A DNA stretch of 33,633 nucleotides from Wenzhouxiangellaceae bacterium (lineage in GTDB: Bacteria; Pseudomonadota; Gammaproteobacteria; Xanthomonadales; Wenzhouxiangellaceae). Below, in pieces: positions 29,732 through 33,633 of this stretch. How positions within the stretch are numbered: position 1 is the stretch's first letter; the number at the start of each line of letters is the position of its first letter. The stretch covers positions 3,165-36,797 of the forward strand of contig JALQZL010000003.1 in assembly GCA_023258355.1 (NCBI GenBank), in the 5' to 3' direction. Position numbers and translations under genes: made by a program. Below the pieces are notes generated by a model that was not told the origin of the DNA, made no database searches, and was given only the letters and a program-made list of their open reading frames with translations.

Positions 29732-32700
29732 ATGACGGCGAATCAACCCCCATCATCCATACCGGGTAAATTGGATCAAAATTTCGATCCAATACCCGTG
29801 ATTTGCTTGCCGAATAGCCAAGGCTTGATTGATGATGAATGGCTTCAATCTGTGCGGCAGGCGTTTCCAAATTCGCGTTTTATGACGGTGCCTCGACTCG
29901 CCGAGGCCCATCAGCTTGAGGCTTGCCCAAAGCTGAGTGTCAGTCACACAGGATGGTTAGTGAAGATCAGCACTTGGCTTGATCAACCCAGCCTAGTGAT
30001 AGAGAGTGGATTAAGCATTCCCCTTTTCTTAAACCAACGTCTCCAGCTTATCTTGCAGGAAGAGAACCTCGCCGAGGTCATGGTTCTCTCTGGCAATTAC
30101 AACCCAGCGCTTAATCCTGTGGGTGATCTCTCACTTGATTGTCCGGGAGCTTCAGTGGATCGCCTGATTTGGCATTTTTCTGAGGGTGTTATCTCATCGA
30201 TCGAGCCCAATTTAGTGAACGAGGCCAAAGCAGCACTGGTTAGCCCACAAAAAAATAAAGCGGTGTCCATGGGTGTGACTGATCTGTGTTTCCTCCACGA
30301 CCCAAGTAAGCCAATCCAGTCAAAGCAAGCGCCTGCATCTTGTCTGACAAGAGCCTTCGGCTCTGTTCGCCATCGACTGGCGGGCTCTCAAGAACAAGGC
30401 GATGATGACAACACTTATCTCGGACTAGATGGCATGCCGGTGACTTTGCACATCACTCACAACTGGGGTGGTGGTATTTCTCGCTGGATCAATGATGTGT
30501 GCAAGCACGATAGGTCATCACACCATTTAGTCTTGACAGCCACTCATCCTGAAAAAAGCAAGCTGTTTGGTCAAAGTCTTACCCTATACGCGCAATCCAG
30601 AAAGAAAGAGGCACTTCATCACTTTGATCTCGAGCCGATGATTGCGGATACGACGAATTCTCATGAAGGCTATGGGCAATTTATAGCGTGGGTGATCAAA
30701 CGCTATGGTGTGAGCCGAATGATTGTCTCATCTGTGATTGGCCACAGCTTAGATTGCCTTCGGCAGAACGTGCCAACACTCCAAGTTCTGCATGATTTCT
30801 ACCCAGCTTCACCTGTCCTCGACGCAGATCCACTGACCTATCTAGATTCCTCAGGTCATTTTAATTTTGAGACCTGCCTGGAAGAAAATCGAGAACACTT
30901 TATATTTTATGACGAGGCACCTGAACGCTGGCAACGACTCAAAAATGATTGGTATGAGGCAGTGCATGCGAATCAGATTGCGCTGCTGGCCCCCACACAA
31001 CACGTGTCTTCCCGATGGCAAGCATTGTTTGGAGGGCAACTACCTCGGATCCATGTGATCCCTCATGGCTTCGATCAGCCAGCTGAATGGCGAGATGCCA
31101 AGCGGGGTGAAAATGACGCCTCTGAGCCACCAGCACAGAATCACTTTGTCATCCTAGGGCGATTATCTTCTGGCAAGGGTCTAAAAAGACTCTGCGACAT
31201 TTCAGATCACTTCGGTAACCGTATTCGCCTGAGTGTCATTGGCGGTGGGTTTGAGGCCATGCAGCTCTTCGGCCGTCCGAATGTCGATATTATCTTGGAC
31301 TATGACGAGGCATCTTTGCCCAAGCATCTTGCCCATTTAAATGCTCGAGCCGCTCTGTTTCTCTCTCGTGTTCCTGAAACTTGGAATTATGTTTTGAGCG
31401 AAGCGTGGGCCCTGAGACTTGCCGTGATTGCGCCTGACTTGGGAAGCTTTCATGAGCGCATTAGCCATGGTGTTAATGGACTACTCTATCCACCCAGCAC
31501 TGATGATCTGATCGAATTACTAGAGCAAGTGATCAGCGGTGATCTCAGCTGCCCTGAAGTGTCTGAACACATTGGTGAGCCTTCCATGGCTGACACACTC
31601 AAGGCTTATGAGAATGTCATCGCCTATGGCAGTCGTCCCAGTCAATGGTGCGTAATGCCGAACAGGCCTCAGGCATCTGTCAGGATCATAGAAGAAGCAC
31701 TCAACCAAAAAGAGCGCCAACTGGATCGAGCCACTCAGAATCAAGCGATATTGCATGAGCGAATCAACGAGCAGGCCGATCTATTGGCCCGTCTTGATCG
31801 TACGCTGAAAGAGCGGACTGATTGGGCGCTGAGCCTAGAGAAAGTCATCACCGCACAGTCACTGCCTCATCCCGATAGTGACAATCCTTCGAATACAAAT
31901 ATCGAGATAGAAGCTCTCCAGAGAAAACTTCTTCAAGCTCAACAAGAGCGTGACTGGTCTGAAAGCCAGCTTGCAGAGGTTAGAGATAGTCGTTCTTGGC
32001 GACTCACTCGTCCATTTCGTGTCTTTGCACGCATCATAAGAGCACTGCACCAGCGCAAAGCATGGCTGCCAAGTAATTGGCTACGCCAAACCAAACGGTT
32101 TATACACGCTGTGCGTCTACACGGTTGGCGTACGACTATTGAGGCATTGCAGCATCAAAAGGCCACTGGGGAAACACACCGGCATGACTTTGAGAATATT
32201 CAGCACCCTACCCTAAGAGACGCTTCTCAACCCATCGTCTTCTCAAGGCTTAAAGATATTAGTCAGCCCGCTATTTCATTGATTATTCCTGTCTTTAACA
32301 ACCTGGCTTACACAGCACATTGTTTAAGAAGTCTCCAAGAAACAGATGAGGGCTTAGCCATTGAGATTATTGTTGTCAATGACTGCTCCACAGACGACAC
32401 GGCAGAGTTTCTTGAACAGTGTGAGGGCATCAAAGTTATCACCTTGTCAAGCAATTCTGGATTCATCGCCAGTTGTAATGCAGGCGCACAGCGTGCTTCA
32501 GGAGACCATTTGGTCTTTCTAAATAATGATATCCAAGTCACCCCAGGGTGGCTGACCCATCTGATGTCACCATTCCACCATTTTCCAAAGACAGGTATTG
32601 TTGGTGCAAAACTGGTCTACCCAGACGGCTCACTACAAGAGGCCGGCGGCATTATTTTCAATGATGGCTCTGGATGGAATTACGGGCGACTGGGCTCACC

Positions 32701-33633
32701 CCACAACTCCCAAGTTCAATTTCTGTCTCAAGCCGACTACGTCTCTGGTGCATGTCTAGCGATTCGAGCAGAGCTTTTTGGTGAGCTTGATGGGTTCGAC
32801 TCACACTACTGTCCTGCCTACTACGAGGATACTGACTTGTGCTTCAAAGCGCGCCAACATGGCTGGGATGTCCTCTATCAGCCCAGTGCAGTCATTATTC
32901 ATTTTGAAGGGATCAGCAATGGGACCTCTGAAAGCTCAGGAATCAAGCGATATCAGGCGGTGAATCGTAAAAAATTCAGGGAAAGATGGAAAGATGTTTT
33001 AGCTAAGCAGCCACCACCTGTTCCTGGCCCTGAAGCCAAGGTTTTGATCGAACAGGCCCGTCACCACCGGTCTCGCGGCCATATTTTGGTGGTTGATGCT
33101 GTGACGCCACAACCTGACCACGACTCTGGTTCTGTTCGGATGGTGACGCTATTAGAAATCCTCATAGACATGGGATATCGAGTGACCTTTGTGCCTGTGA
33201 ACCTTGCCTGGGATGGTGACTATTCTCAATCACTCAGAGACAGGGGCATTGAGACGCTGAATCATCCTGACATTTCATCCATCAAACAGTGGCTTCAGCA
33301 CTATGGTCAATTACTAGATTATGTCGTTGGAAGTCGCTACTACGTCTTAGACGATATTTTGTCAGATGTTCGAGAATACTGTCCAAATGCCAAAGTGATC
33401 TTTGATACCGTGGATCTCCATTTTCTACGCGAACAAAGACGCGCTGATTTAGAAAACGACACTGAAATGGCTAAGCTTGCTCAGAAAACGGAAAAAAAAG
33501 AACTAAGCCTGATCAGTGAGAGCGATATCACTTTGGTCGTTAGCCCGATTGAGCAGTCCATTCTTCAGAAGAAATTGCCAGACGCCCGTGTTGAGATTCT
33601 CTCAAATATTCATACGCCAGTGACAGCGCCCTC
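29732..33633 (+). CDS. Giant multi-domain glycosyltransferase (degenerate GT2-like, GT4-like, coiled coil, GT2, GT4-like); 3' truncated
   Basis: Not in the ORF track; one frame is open from ATG 29732 (or GTG 29699) to the edge, at least 1300 codons. Motifs: LHITHNWGGG, LHDFYP, LGRLSSGKG, ETWNYVLSE (EX7E); SRSWRLTRPFR; SLIIPVFN, VVNDCSTD, GFIASCN, FLNND, LQEAGG, AYYEDTD; ILVVDAVTPQPDHDSGSVR, FDTVDLHFLRE. Confidence 0.92.
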   Translation, partial: MTANQPPSSIPGKLDQNFDPIPVICLPNSQGLIDDEWLQSVRQAFPNSRFMTVPRLAEAHQLEACPKLSVSHTGWLVKISTWLDQPSLVIESGLSIPLFLNQRLQLILQEENLAEVMVLSGNYNPALNPVGDLSLDCPGASVDRLIWHFSEGVISSIEPNLVNEAKAALVSPQKNKAVSMGVTDLCFLHDPSKPIQSKQAPASCLTRAFGSVRHRLAGSQEQGDDDNTYLGLDGMPVTLHITHNWGGGISRWINDVCKHDRSSHHLVLTATHPEKSKLFGQSLTLYAQSRKKEALHHFDLEPMIADTTNSHEGYGQFIAWVIKRYGVSRMIVSSVIGHSLDCLRQNVPTLQVLHDFYPASPVLDADPLTYLDSSGHFNFETCLEENREHFIFYDEAPERWQRLKNDWYEAVHANQIALLAPTQHVSSRWQALFGGQLPRIHVIPHGFDQPAEWRDAKRGENDASEPPAQNHFVILGRLSSGKGLKRLCDISDHFGNRIRLSVIGGGFEAMQLFGRPNVDIILDYDEASLPKHLAHLNARAALFLSRVPETWNYVLSEAWALRLAVIAPDLGSFHERISHGVNGLLYPPSTDDLIELLEQVISGDLSCPEVSEHIGEPSMADTLKAYENVIAYGSRPSQWCVMPNRPQASVRIIEEALNQKERQLDRATQNQAILHERINEQADLLARLDRTLKERTDWALSLEKVITAQSLPHPDSDNPSNTNIEIEALQRKLLQAQQERDWSESQLAEVRDSRSWRLTRPFRVFARIIRALHQRKAWLPSNWLRQTKRFIHAVRLHGWRTTIEALQHQKATGETHRHDFENIQHPTLRDASQPIVFSRLKDISQPAISLIIPVFNNLAYTAHCLRSLQETDEGLAIEIIVVNDCSTDDTAEFLEQCEGIKVITLSSNSGFIASCNAGAQRASGDHLVFLNNDIQVTPGWLTHLMSPFHHFPKTGIVGAKLVYPDGSLQEAGGIIFNDGSGWNYGRLGSPHNSQVQFLSQADYVSGACLAIRAELFGELDGFDSHYCPAYYEDTDLCFKARQHGWDVLYQPSAVIIHFEGISNGTSESSGIKRYQAVNRKKFRERWKDVLAKQPPPVPGPEAKVLIEQARHHRSRGHILVVDAVTPQPDHDSGSVRMVTLLEILIDMGYRVTFVPVNLAWDGDYSQSLRDRGIETLNHPDISSIKQWLQHYGQLLDYVVGSRYYVLDDILSDVREYCPNAKVIFDTVDLHFLREQRRADLENDTEMAKLAQKTEKKELSLISESDITLVVSPIEQSILQKKLPDARVEILSNIHTPVTAP

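Noticed and set aside
29753-32963. Scattered 61-78 aa ORFs suggesting a gene-poor or degraded region
   Set aside because: One plus-strand frame is open from 29732 to the window end and encodes the multi-domain glycosyltransferase.

Overview
A compact, mostly housekeeping stretch of a gammaproteobacterial chromosome. Gene order resembles Xanthomonadales/Wenzhouxiangella-type genomes; this is an inference from synteny, not a taxonomic assignment. From left to right it carries: a SUF Fe-S operon (Rrf2 regulator-sufB-sufC-sufD, cut at the left edge); a divergent, tightly coupled four-gene unit (an unknown protein with a PqqD/RRE-like N-terminus fused to a GT-A glycosyltransferase-like domain, amgK, a Stf0/NodH-like sulfotransferase, murU); a three-subunit transhydrogenase; an unknown lipoprotein; hda, a CDP-alcohol transferase and DUF2066; purM-purN-DUF3108; murA-bolA; yrbG-kdsD-kdsC-lptCAB-rpoN-hpf-ptsN-rapZ; tsaB-yoaA-TPR lipoprotein; and a multi-domain glycosyltransferase of at least 1300 codons that is missing from the ORF track because it runs off the right edge. 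I saw no RNA genes, mobile elements or CRISPR arrays. The best candidate for an undescribed system is the amgK-murU peptidoglycan-recycling operon expanded with an RRE-like glycosyltransferase and an inserted sulfotransferase. The second is the giant glycosyltransferase with a coiled coil that may act as a chain-length ruler. All domain calls are by eye from motifs; no searches were run.
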